NCBI GenBank assembly: GCA_963779445.1
Contig: CAVZYI010000003.1
Location: forward strand, 21,047 to 85,046
Length of the DNA: 64,000 nucleotides
From: an uncultured beta proteobacterium
GTDB lineage: Bacteria > Pseudomonadota > Gammaproteobacteria > Burkholderiales > Casimicrobiaceae
Direction: 5' to 3'
How positions within the stretch are numbered: the stretch's first letter is position 1; every line of letters begins with the position of its first letter. Made by a program: the position numbers and the translations under genes. Shown here piece after piece: positions 1 to 9,259 of the stretch. The notes beneath the pieces were generated by a model, which had not been told where the DNA came from, made no database searches, and was given only the letters and a program-made list of their open reading frames with translations.

Positions 1-483
1 CCAGCATCTGCTGCTCGCCGCCGGAGAGCTTGGTGCCCTGGCTCGTCAGGCGCTCCTTCAGGTTCGGGAACAGCTCGAAGATCTGCTCGACGCGAAAGCC
101 CGCCGTCGCGCACCGACGGGCGGCAGCAGCAGGTTCTCCTCGACGTTGAGGCTCGCGAAGATGCCGCGCTCCTCCGGGCAATAGGCGATGCCCGAGCCGG
201 GCGATCCGGTTCGACGGCAGGCGCGACGATCTCGCGCCCTTCGAACGCGATCGAGCCCTCGCGCCGCGGCACGATGCCCATGATCGACTTCAGCGTCGTC
301 GTCTTGCCGGCGCCGTTGCGGCCGAGCAGCGTCACCACCTCGCCGGCCGCGACGTCGAAGGTCACGCCGTGCAGCACGTGCGATTCGCCGTACCACGCGT
401 TGAGATCGCGCACCGCGAGCAGCGGCGCGCGCGCCGCGCGCGGGCGCGCCGCGGGCGACGCCGCACGCGCGCTCGTCAGGCAT
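1..483 (-). pseudogene. livF: LivF-type branched-chain amino acid ABC transporter ATP-binding subunit; 3' end runs off the window; reading frame broken at least 3 times as assembled
   Basis: Minus-strand pieces lie in three frames: LSGGEQQML (nt 1-29), FRVEQIFELFPNLKERLTSQGTK, GIAYCPEERGIFASLNVEENLLLPP (frame of ORF 58..993), LPSNRIARLG, and PLLAVRDLNAWYGESHVLHGVTFDVAAGEVVTLLGRNGAGKTTTLKSIMG (Walker A). Frame changes near 95-115, 190-200 and 210-225. Confidence 0.6.
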
Positions 484-1234
484 CGACCACTCCCAAGATA
501 GGCCTGGACCACGTCCGGATGCTTCGACACGTGCGCGTAGTCGCCCTCGGCCAGGACCTCGCCGCGCGCGAGCACCGTGATGTGGTCGGACAGCGTCGAC
601 ACGACGCCCAGGTTGTGCTCGACCATCAGCACGGTGCGGTTCACCGCGACCTTGCGGATCAGCGCCGCGATCCGCTCGACGTCCTCGTGCGTCATGCCGG
701 CGGTCGGCTCGTCCAGCAGCATCATCTCCGGATCGAGCGCGAGCGTCGTCGCGATTTCGAGCGCGCGCTTGCGGCCGTAGGCGAGCTCGACCGCCGGCGT
801 GTCCGCGAACTCGGTGAGCCCGACCGCGTCGATCAGCTCGCAGCGCGCGGTCGTCGTGCCGCGCGAGCGCGCGTGCCGAGCGCCAGAAGTCGAACGAGTG
901 GCCGCGCGTGCGCTGCAGCGCGATGCGCACGTTCTCGAGCACGGTGAGGTTCGGGAACACCGCCGAGATCTGGAACGAGCGGACGAGGCCCATGCGCGCG
1001 ATCGCCGCCGGCCGCGAGCCGGTGATCTCGCGGCCGTTGTAGAAGATGTGGCCGCGCGTCGGCGTCAGGAAGTGCGTGAGCAGGTTGAAGCAGGTCGTCT
1101 TGCCGGCGCCGTTGGGACCGATCAGCGCGTGGATCGTGCCGCGGCGGATCGCGCAGGCTCACGTCCTTGACGGCGACGAAGCCCTTGAACTCCTTGGTGA
1201 GCGACCGGGTCTCGAGAATCGTGTCGTCGGCCAT
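476..1234 (-). pseudogene. livG: LivG-type branched-chain amino acid ABC transporter ATP-binding subunit; at least 2 frameshifts as assembled
   Basis: MADDTILETRSLTKEFKGFVAVKDVSL (ORF 833..1234) continues in another frame as IRRGTIHALIGPNGAGKTTCFNLL...MGLVRSFQISAVFPNLTVLENVRIALQ (ORF 58..993). A third frame then gives ELIDAVGLTEFADTPAVELAYGRKRALEIATTLALDPEMMLLDEPTAGM...VVQAYLG. Shifts near 1145 and 850-880; 3' end uncertain. Confidence 0.65.
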
Positions 1235-1511
1235 GCCGCGCCGTCACGCGCAGTGCGCCCCGGCTTCCCCCGCTTTGGTGACGGGGATTATGCGGCATCG
1301 CCGCACGGCTTGGCAATGCTCGCCCGAGGCGTGCGCCCGCGTGCGGCCGTCGACGGCGGGTTCGGTCAGCGGGACCGGCGGTCCGCCGGGGCACGGCCGG
1401 CGCCGCGGCCTTTCGACGCGGCGCGACGCATGCCCAGGGGCCCCGTCCGGCAGCGAACCGATCGATTCGCTTCGTCGGCGCGACGACTTCGAACCGCGTC
1501 CGCAGGCGCAC

Positions 1512-3689
1512 TCAGTACTCGATGCGGGCGAAATAGGTCTTCTGCGACGCCTCCCGCGCCTCGCCGAGCGTGCGGATGCCCTGCTCGGCCAGCAGCGGAA
1601 TCATGCGCAGGAAGACCTCGGCGGTCATGATGGCGTCGCCCAGCGCGGTGTGGCGGCCGATCGGGTTGACGCCCATGCGCTCGGCGATCGCCTCGAGGCG
1701 GTGCGCTTCGAGATCCGGGTGGATCACCGCGGACAGCAGCAGCGTGTCGAGCACCGGCTGCGTGAAGCGGACGCCGGTCGCCTCCTCCTTCAGACGCAGG
1801 AAGCGCATGTCGAACGCCGCGTTGTGCGCGACCAGCACCGTGTCCTCGCAGAACTGCAGGAACGCGGGCAGCACCTTGTCGATCGTCGGCTGGTTCTCGA
1901 GCATCGACGTCTCGATGCCGGTGATCCGCTCGCTTCGGGCGACATGTCGCGCCGCGGGTCGACCAGCTGCTCGAACACCTCGTGCTCCAGCAGCCGGCCG
2001 TTCACGATGCGCACCGCGCCGATCGGACACGATCTCGTCGCCGCCGGACGGCTTGAGCCCCGTCGTCTCGGTGTCGAAGACGGTGTAGGTCAGCGCCGCG
2101 AGCGGCCGGTTGTCCAGCTCGGGCGTCTGCCCCGGCTGGTGGAACAGGTCGAAATCGTAGAACTCGGGCCGGCTCTGCGCGTCGGACGGCGCGCTCCACG
2201 GCGTCTCGTCGGGCAGGGTCACGGGGATCGCGATGCGGAAGTACTCGCGGTGCGACGGCTTGTGGATCTGGTACCAGATCTCGCCGTTGTGCCGCTCGAT
2301 GATCTGCTTCAGCGTCAGCGGACAGGCCTCGCCTCCCAGTTCCATCGAGTCGGTCTGCCACGCCGTCGTGGTTTCGATGCCGAGCGGCGCGCCGGTCCAG
2401 ATCAGGTCGAGATGAGCGAGCTTTCCCTCGCCCGCGAGTCCGAAGCGGATCTCCCGGATGCCGAACTCCTCGCGCAGGCGGCTGACGAGGTAGGTGATGC
2501 CCTGCATCAGCGAATAGCTGTCGACGTTGAGCCAGATCGATTCGTCGATCGCCTCGATCTTCGTCGGCAGCCCGAGCTTGCTCTCGATGCGGCGACGCGC
2601 CGCGGCGATCAGGTCGGCGCCGCGCATGTCCTCGAGCGGCCATTCGGTGCGCAGCGAATCGGCGAATTCGCCGACCGTCTGGTCGAGTCGGGCGGTCAGG
2701 CGCTGCGCTTCGTCGCCGATGATGCCGATGAAGCGGTTCTGCGCCGCCTTGTCCATGTCCGGGAACGACGCGATCGTCTCGACGGCGGCGCGCACGCTGG
2801 CGAGCGACGCGCGGGTACCCTGCGTCAGGCTCTGCAGCAGGAGGTCGCGGCGGCCGCCGGCCTCGATTCGGCGCGTGATGTTGTCGAGAACCAGCACGAA
2901 GCCGGTGATTCCGTCGGGCGCGCCTTCGGCCGGTGGCCCGGACGTGGAACCGAACACCGGCGCCATCTGCACCCTCACCAGCTGTCCGGCCGGCGCCGTC
3001 GTCACGAAGCTGGCGACTGGGCTGCGCTTGTCCTGGCGCACGCGGTCATGGATGCTCTCCAGGGCGTGGATGATCAGATTGCGATCGAAGATGGCAAACA
3101 CCGACCGCCCGAGCCCGACCAGGGAATGCGCCGTCCCGGCGGCCGCGCCGTCGAGCGGCATGCGCAGCAGCTGCATCGCGCGGGCATTGTAGAGAAGGAT
3201 GCGCCCCTCGATGTTGCACATGATCACGCTCTGCGCGAGCTCCGACATCAGCGCGGCGAGGCGGTTGCGCTCCTGCGCGATGCCGGCATTGGCTTCGCGC
3301 ACGCGCGCCTCGACATCGTGCCTCAGCGACTCGTTGGCGTCGGCGAAGCTGTTGAAGCCCACGGCCAGGCGCCGGGTCTCGGCCGATCCGCGCAGCGGCG
3401 CGCGATGCGCGGGATTGGCCGCGAGCATGATGCGCGCGTCCTCGGCGAGCTGCCTCGGCGCGACGACGTAGCGGGCGAGCAGCGCCTGAAGGACGAGAGC
3501 GAGGGGAAGGATCAGCAGCGTCACGACCACGACCGCGGCGACGGTCCGCTCCCGCAGGATGGCCGCGACCAGCGCGCGGTCCCGCTCGTCCAGGTCCGCG
3601 CCGACCAGAAGGACGGTGGCGCAGATGACGGCGACGACCAGTCCCCACGCGGCGGCCAGCACCAGAAGAAACCTGATCCTATCGCGCAT
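1512..3689 (-). CDS. Membrane sensor (2 TM, HAMP-like, PAS-like, histidine-kinase-like module lacking the H-box His) fused to a C-terminal DnaQ/Pol III epsilon-type 3'-5' exonuclease
   Basis: 725-aa ORF. Hydrophobic N-terminus; PAS-like IMCNIEGRILLYNARAMQLL; degenerate H-box TQGTRASLASVRAAVETI; Exo motifs YTVFDTETTGL, LVAHNAAFDMRFL, HTALGDAIMTAEVF. About 32 internal codons appear out of frame (see findings). Confidence 0.75.
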   Translation of the reverse strand: MRDRIRFLLVLAAAWGLVVAVICATVLLVGADLDERDRALVAAILRERTVAAVVVVTLLILPLALVLQALLARYVVAPRQLAEDARIMLAANPAHRAPLRGSAETRRLAVGFNSFADANESLRHDVEARVREANAGIAQERNRLAALMSELAQSVIMCNIEGRILLYNARAMQLLRMPLDGAAAGTAHSLVGLGRSVFAIFDRNLIIHALESIHDRVRQDKRSPVASFVTTAPAGQLVRVQMAPVFGSTSGPPAEGAPDGITGFVLVLDNITRRIEAGGRRDLLLQSLTQGTRASLASVRAAVETIASFPDMDKAAQNRFIGIIGDEAQRLTARLDQTVGEFADSLRTEWPLEDMRGADLIAAARRRIESKLGLPTKIEAIDESIWLNVDSYSLMQGITYLVSRLREEFGIREIRFGLAGEGKLAHLDLIWTGAPLGIETTTAWQTDSMELGGEACPLTLKQIIERHNGEIWYQIHKPSHREYFRIAIPVTLPDETPWSAPSDAQSRPEFYDFDLFHQPGQTPELDNRPLAALTYTVFDTETTGLKPSGGDEIVSDRRGAHRERPAAGARGVRAAGRPAARHVARSERITGIETSMLENQPTIDKVLPAFLQFCEDTVLVAHNAAFDMRFLRLKEEATGVRFTQPVLDTLLLSAVIHPDLEAHRLEAIAERMGVNPIGRHTALGDAIMTAEVFLRMIPLLAEQGIRTLGEAREASQKTYFARIEY

Positions 3690-3692
3690 GGG

Positions 3693-4061
3693 CTATTCGC
3701 CGAGCAATTGCCGAACCTTCGCGATCAGGTCCTGGGTGGAGAAGGGTTTGGTCACGTAGGCGTCGGCGCCGACGGCCATGCCCTTGGTCACCTCGATGTC
3801 GCGCCCCTTGGCGGACAGCATGATGATCCTGATGCCCTGCCAGGCCGGATTCTCCCGGACCTTCTGGCACAGGTCGTACCCGCTCATCAGCGGCATCATC
3901 ACGTCGAGCAGGATCAGGTCCGGGCCGAATTCTCCGACCGCGGCCAGCGCATCCACACCGGTGGTCACGACCTTGACGACGTAGCCCCGCTGCTTCATCA
4001 GGAATTCGAGCGAAACCACGATATTGGGCTCGTCGTCGGCGATCAGTATCTTCTTTGCCAT
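3693..4061 (-). CDS. Single-domain response regulator (CheY-like receiver, no output domain)
   Basis: MAKKILIADDEPNIVVSL...DLILLDVMMPLMSGYDLC...IIMLSAKG...GADAYVTKPF. ATG at 4061 is preceded by caggag. The longer ORF to 4196 has an Arg/Cys-rich non-homologous extension. Confidence 0.85.
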   Translation of the reverse strand: MAKKILIADDEPNIVVSLEFLMKQRGYVVKVVTTGVDALAAVGEFGPDLILLDVMMPLMSGYDLCQKVRENPAWQGIRIIMLSAKGRDIEVTKGMAVGADAYVTKPFSTQDLIAKVRQLLGE

Positions 4062-4113
4062 GCCTTGCTCCTGTGGCGCAGCGGCGCGGGTCTGCGCGCC
4101 GTACGCCGTTGCA

Positions 4114-6895
4114 TCATGCGCCCGGCGACGGGCCGTCCGGCGTCCGCTTAACCTCGTCGTGCCCCGGCAATGGCAGCACGAACACGAATGTCGCACCCTT
4201 GCCCGGCTCGCTCTCCACCCAGAGTCTGCCCCCCAGGTGCTCGACGATCTGGCGGCTGATCGCCAGCCCCAGCCCGGTGCCCTGGGGCTTCTCGGTCATC
4301 GTGTCGCCCGCCTGGCGGAATTTTTCGAAGATGACTTCGCGGTTCTCGACGCTGATGCCCGGCCCGTTGTCGGTCACGGCGACACGCAGGCCATCCGCGT
4401 CGCCGCGCAGCTCGACGACGACTCGACCCTCGCCGGGCGCGACGAATTTCACGGCGTTGGACAGCAGATTGATGAGCACCTGCATGAGACGGTCGCGATC
4501 CGCGCGCACCTGCGGAACGCCGTCGGGCAGGCGGGTCTCGAGGCCGACGCCGCGGTCGCGAAACAGCTGTCCCGTGGCCTCGATCGAATCCTCGATGGCC
4601 GCCTTGAGGTCGATCATCGAGACCTGCCACTCCGCGCGCCCCGATTCCAGCTTGGCGAGGTCGAGCACCTGGTTGATGAGCCGGGTGAGGCGCTCGCTTT
4701 CCTGGATGATGATGCCGAGGAAGCGGTGTCGTTCCGCGACGTCGAGCTCCGGGTTGTCGTGCAGGATCTCGGAAAAGGCCCGGATCGAGGTCAGCGGCGT
4801 GCGCAGCTCGTGCGTCACCGTCGACACGAAATCGTCCTTCAGGCGGTCGAGCTCCTTCAGCCGGTCGTTGGCGGCGCGCAGCTCGGCCGTGGCCGCCATC
4901 AGCTCGCGCGACTTGTGCTCCAGCTGGTGGCTGTAGGCGATGATCTGCGAGGCCTCGTCCAGCATGGTGCGGACTTCCCCGATGGTCAGTTCGTCCTCGT
5001 TGACGGTCGACGCGATCATGATCCGCGCGGAGGCGCCGCCGATCGCCCCGGCGAGCTCCGTCTCCGCGAACTGCACCGCGCCGGCGTCGGCCGGCATCTC
5101 GGCGGGAGACGCGAATCCGCGCCGGCGGGCGTAGTCGATCATGGCCGCTTCGGCGCGTTGCCGGCCAAGGAAGCGCGCAAGCAGCGCCTGCAGATCCGGC
5201 ATCGACGCCGTTCCCTTCCAAAGATGCACGTCGGAATCCTCGGCGCCGCGCCGGAAGACGTCGACGAAGCGCGCCGCCTGCGCCTGCTCGGCCACGCTCT
5301 GCCGGGTGAGCACCGAGACGACGACGTAGGCGCCGACATTGGCGATCATGCTCCACAGCATCGCATGCGTGATGTCGTTGAGGCCCTCGAGCCCGAACAG
5401 GGCGTAGGGCTTGAGCAGCGCGACGCCGAACGGCCCGTCCTTGAGGAACCCGATGGGCAGCCATCCCGACTTGGCGAACGACGGCAGCAGCAGCGTGTAG
5501 AGCCAGACGATGAACCCCGACGCGAGACCGGACAGCGCTCCGGTGCGGGTCGCGCCTTTCCAGTAGATTCCGCCGATGATCGCGGGGGCGAATTGCGCCA
5601 CGGCCGCGAACGAGATCAGGCCGATCGCCACCAGGGCGTAGGCTTCGCCGGCCAGGCGGAAATAGAGGTAGCCGAGCATCACGACCGCGACGATGGCCCC
5701 GCGGCGTATCCCGAGCAGCAGCCCCGTCAGGTTTCGCCGCTCCGCGAGCCGCATCGCCCTCACGCGCAGCAGCACCGGCATCACCAGGTCGTTGCACACC
5801 ATCGTCGACAGGGCGATGGTCTCGACGATCACCATCCCCGTGGCGGCGGACAGTCCGCCGATGAACACCAGCAACGCGAGGGCCTCCTGCCGCTCGGCCA
5901 TCGGCAGCGTCAGCACGAAGGTGTCGGGATCCACCGGCGTCGCGGAGAAGTGCATGACGCCGCCGAAGGCGACGGGAATCACGAACAGGTTCATCGCCAG
6001 CATGTACAGCGGGAACAGCCAGATCGCCTTGGCGAGGTGGTTCTCGTTGACGTTCTCGACGACCGCGACCTGGAACTGACGCGGAAGGAACACGATCGCC
6101 AGCATCGACAGCACCGTGAGCCAGGCCCAGCTCGCGTAGCTGCCCGCAGCCGCCCCCAGCGGGGCGAACAGCGGCGCCAGCTTCGGCGTGCGCGGCCGCG
6201 CGCTGGAAGATGTCGCCCAGCCCGTTGTAGATGCCGTAGGTGACGAAGCCGCCGACCGCGAGGAATGCGACCAGCTTCACCAGCGACTCGAACGCGATGG
6301 CCGCCACCAGGCCCTCGTGCCGCTCCGAGGCGTCGAGGTGGCGCGTGCCGAAGAGAATGGTGAAAGTGGCGAGCAGCAGCGCCATCCAGAACGCCGTGTC
6401 GGCCGGGATCGGAACCGTCTCCCGCGGCGCGGACAACACGACCTCGGGGTACTGGACCAGGATCGTGAAGCTGTGCGATACGGCCTTGAGCTGCAGCGCG
6501 ATGTAGGGGACGACGCCGATCACCGCGATGATCGTGACCAGTCCGGCAAGCAGCGCGCTCTTGCCGTATCGCGAGGAGATGAAATCGGCGAGGGAGGTGA
6601 TCCGGTTGGCCTTGCTGATGCGGATGATCTTGCGCAGCACCAGCCACCACAGCGCCATCATCATCGTCGGGCCGATGTAGATCGGCAGGAAGCCGACGCC
6701 ATCGGCAGCCGCGCGCCCGACGCTGCCGTAGAAAGTCCACGCGGTGGCGTAGACGCCGAGCGACAGCGAGTAGATATAGGGATTGGCGATGATCGAGCGG
6801 CCGCGATCCGCCCGATGGTCGCCGTAATAGGCGATGGCGAAGAGCACGCCCAGGTACGCCAGCGAAACCGGAATGACGACCCAGCTCTGGAGCAT
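4114..6895 (-). pseudogene. Solute:sodium symporter (SSS)-domain sensor histidine kinase (CbrA/CrbS-like architecture, no fused receiver); one frameshift near 6185 as assembled
   Basis: N-terminal SSS fold MLQSWVVIPVSLAYLGVLFAIAYYG...RITSLADFISSRYGKS (ORF 4148..6895) continues in the frame of ORF 4114..6114 (PKLAPLFAPLGAAAGSYASWAWLTVLSMLAIVFLPRQFQV...). C-terminus has H-box FVSTVTHELRTPLTSI and HATPase GTGLGLAISRQIVEHLGGRLWVES. Confidence 0.75.
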
Positions 6896-6922
6896 GCCTG
6901 TCCTTGCGGAATCGGGGCGCCG

Positions 6923-7120
6923 CTAGCGCGGGCGCTCCACCACCAGCGCAAGCAGTCCGATCAGCAGCGCCCACGACAGGAAGATGTAGGTGTAGAGCAG
7001 CGGTACGCCGAACGCCTCCGCGGCGCTGTTGAACAGCGCGAGCAGCGGGTAGTTGAACAGCAGCATGCCGAACAGGAACAGGGCCACGAGGCGCTGCGTC
7101 CTGATGTTCGATCTGATCAT
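6923..7120 (-). CDS. Small two-helix membrane protein (DUF3311-like accessory subunit of SSS proteins)
   Basis: 65 aa, MIRSNIRTQRLVALFLFGMLLFNYPLLALFNSAAEAFGVPLLYTYIFLSWALLIGLLALVVERPR. Strong RBS ggaggaggg upstream of ATG 7120. Stop lies 27 nt before the SSS-kinase start. Confidence 0.55.
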   Translation of the reverse strand: MIRSNIRTQRLVALFLFGMLLFNYPLLALFNSAAEAFGVPLLYTYIFLSWALLIGLLALVVERPR

Positions 7121-7257
7121 GGCCCACCCTCCTCCCGATCCGGTAGATCGCGGCCCGATACTAGCAAGAACGGAAACCGGCGCCGCGCCGGCCCGCCTCC
7201 GGTCGCATATGCCATTGCCGCCCGCGGCGATCCGCGGAGGCGTCCGCGCGACGATTG

Positions 7258-9165
7258 CTAGAGCCGGTACGACATCCGCAGGCGCTCCTGCAGCTGCTTC
7301 GCCTGCCGGAACGCCTCCTTCAGCATGCGCTGGTCGACCTCGTGCAGCGCGTACGGGTCGATCCGGTTCGCGGCACCCTGCGCGATGGCCGGATCCTGCT
7401 GGCGCAGGCGCAGGAACTGCAGGAAGTGGAACGCCTGCACCGTCGCGTCGACGTGCCGGGTGGCTACGTGCAGGCGCTCGCCGGCGATCCGCATCCTGGC
7501 GGCGGTTCCGGTCTCGGGGATGCCGAGAGCCAGCGCAAAGACACGGGCGCAGTCGACGAAGAGCCGCGTGCCGCGGGCCTTCAGGTCCAGCGTCCCCTTG
7601 ACCTTCGCCTCGTCGTCGACCGCGAACGTGCGGATGAGGCCCAGCGGCGGCTCGACCTCCAGCGCGTTCTGCACCATGAGCCTCAGGAATGCCGGATTCG
7701 CCTGCGTGTAGCCGAACAGCCAGTCGCGCAGCGCGTCGCAGAGGGTCGTGTCGCCATAGAGCGGACGGAAGTCGAAGACGATGTTGGCGCTGAGCAGCGC
7801 CTGCGGCGTCGGCGCCCGGATCCAGGCGAGAAACCTGGCCTTCCACTCGCCCGCGGACAGGCAGAGATCCGGGTTGCTCGCCATCACGTTGCCGGTGCAC
7901 AGCGGAAAGCCGAGCGTGTCGAGGCTGTCGTTCACCTCCCGCGCGAACGCGAGCAGCCGGACGCGCCGCCGCTCCGTCTCGGCCGCGTCGTCGGCGGCGG
8001 CGAAGAGCAGCGCGTTGTCCTGGTCGGTGGCGAAGGTCTGCTCGCCGCGCCCTTCGCTGCCCAGCGCGAGCCAGCACCAGTCGATGTCGTCGAGCTCGTG
8101 CCGCTCGAGCACGATCTCGATCGCCCGGCGCGACAGGCCGTCGTTGAGCGAGGCGATGGTGCGCGTCAGAGGCTCCGCGCCCACGCCCTGCGCCAGCAGG
8201 CTCTGCGTGAGCCGCCTGATGTCCTCGCCCGCCAACTTCAGCTGCCCGATCGTGTCGGACGCGTGCAGTTCCTCGATGACCTGGCGCATCGAAACGCGCT
8301 GCAGCGCGAAGAGATCGCGCTCGTTGATCACGCCGTGCAGCCGCCCGCCTTCGACGACGACGACCTGCCGGATTCCGCGCTCGGCCATCACATGCAGCGC
8401 TTCGGAGGCGGTGACCGACGCCGGCAGGGTGACGATCGGCGCCGACATCACCTCCGACAATGGCGTCGCCAGCGAACGCTCGGGCAGCACCACGCGGCGC
8501 AGCAGATCGACGAGCGTGAACATCCCGATCGGCGCGCCGTCGCTGTCGAGCACGACGATGGTGCGCACCTTCGCGTCGGCCATGCGCAGCAGGGCGTCGC
8601 GCAGCGGCACGGTCGCGGCGCAGGCGACCGGCGCCTGCCGGACGAGTTCGCCGAGCGTGCGCGTCAGCGTCTGCTGTTCCGCCGCTCTCTGGCTGTACTG
8701 GCTGCTGAGGCTCTCGAGCGATTGCCTCAGCTTCTCGGTGATCGCCTGCGTGCAGAAGCGCTCGAATTCCGGTGACGACTGCCGCAGTTCGAGAAAATCC
8801 TCGCGCGGCAGGACATGGCAGACGGTATCCTGCAGCGCGCGGAACGTCCGCGTCGTCACCCCGCCCGCCGAGAGGGCGCCGACGGGAAACATGTCGCCGG
8901 GGCCGAGCGTGCGCTCGGCGTCGATCTGGGCATTGGCGGAGTGGCTGCCGACGAGCCCGCGCTCGATGATGTGCAGGTGCTCGACAGGCCGCCCCTGCGC
9001 GGAGAGTATGGTCGCGTTCCTCGCGAAATGCGCGGGCTTGAGCCGGGCGGCCAGCGTGCGCAGCGCGCCCGCCTCCATCCGGTCGAATGGCGCGTAGCGG
9101 CGCAGCGTTTCGAGGACGGCTTCGCCCGCGGGCGGCACGGTTCCTTCGGCTGGACTCGGAGGCAT
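7258..9165 (-). CDS. cNMP-binding-like / tandem CBS / DUF294-type nucleotidyltransferase protein
   Basis: ILSAQGRPVEHLHIIERGLV (cNMP-like). CBS pair: VRTIVVLDSDGAPIGMFTLVDLL and IRQVVVVEGGRLHGVINERDLF. NTase core WCWLALGSEGRGEQTFATDQDNALLF. ATG 9165 chosen over the ORF start at 9564, whose extension is Arg-rich and overlaps actP. Confidence 0.8.
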   Translation of the reverse strand: MPPSPAEGTVPPAGEAVLETLRRYAPFDRMEAGALRTLAARLKPAHFARNATILSAQGRPVEHLHIIERGLVGSHSANAQIDAERTLGPGDMFPVGALSAGGVTTRTFRALQDTVCHVLPREDFLELRQSSPEFERFCTQAITEKLRQSLESLSSQYSQRAAEQQTLTRTLGELVRQAPVACAATVPLRDALLRMADAKVRTIVVLDSDGAPIGMFTLVDLLRRVVLPERSLATPLSEVMSAPIVTLPASVTASEALHVMAERGIRQVVVVEGGRLHGVINERDLFALQRVSMRQVIEELHASDTIGQLKLAGEDIRRLTQSLLAQGVGAEPLTRTIASLNDGLSRRAIEIVLERHELDDIDWCWLALGSEGRGEQTFATDQDNALLFAAADDAAETERRRVRLLAFAREVNDSLDTLGFPLCTGNVMASNPDLCLSAGEWKARFLAWIRAPTPQALLSANIVFDFRPLYGDTTLCDALRDWLFGYTQANPAFLRLMVQNALEVEPPLGLIRTFAVDDEAKVKGTLDLKARGTRLFVDCARVFALALGIPETGTAARMRIAGERLHVATRHVDATVQAFHFLQFLRLRQQDPAIAQGAANRIDPYALHEVDQRMLKEAFRQAKQLQERLRMSYRL

Positions 9166-9208
9166 GGTCACCGGCGGAGCGTAGTCACGGGCCGGGCGCC
9201 GCGCAAGC

Positions 9209-9232
9209 AAAAACCCCCGCGTGCGGCGGGGG
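9209..9232 (-). terminator. Rho-independent terminator downstream of actP
   Basis: Minus strand reads cccccgc-cgcac-gcggggg followed by ttttt (7-bp GC stem, 5-nt loop, T5), 28 nt after the actP stop. Confidence 0.6.
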
Positions 9233-9259
9233 CCCTTGCGTTGCGGCGACCGGAGAGCG

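Noticed and set aside
476-483. Possible LivG-LivF fusion, because one frame reads through AYLGSGRCLTSARAAS...PLLAVRDL without a stop
   Set aside because: More simply explained by an indel at the junction: another frame gives ...GVVDA-stop overlapping an ATG. Fused LivGF is not expected.
1167-4151. 994-aa plus-strand ORF, and similar very long ORFs at 4024..6243, 7255..8775, 9221..11350, 12685..14805, 36026..38713, 38592..41114, 42589..44775, 45390..47420, 47239..51237, 52422..54467 and 60608..62614
   Set aside because: These are antisense shadow ORFs typical of GC-rich DNA. They are Arg/Ala/Gly/Pro/Asp-rich with no recognisable motifs, and each lies opposite a gene whose translation shows clear family signatures.
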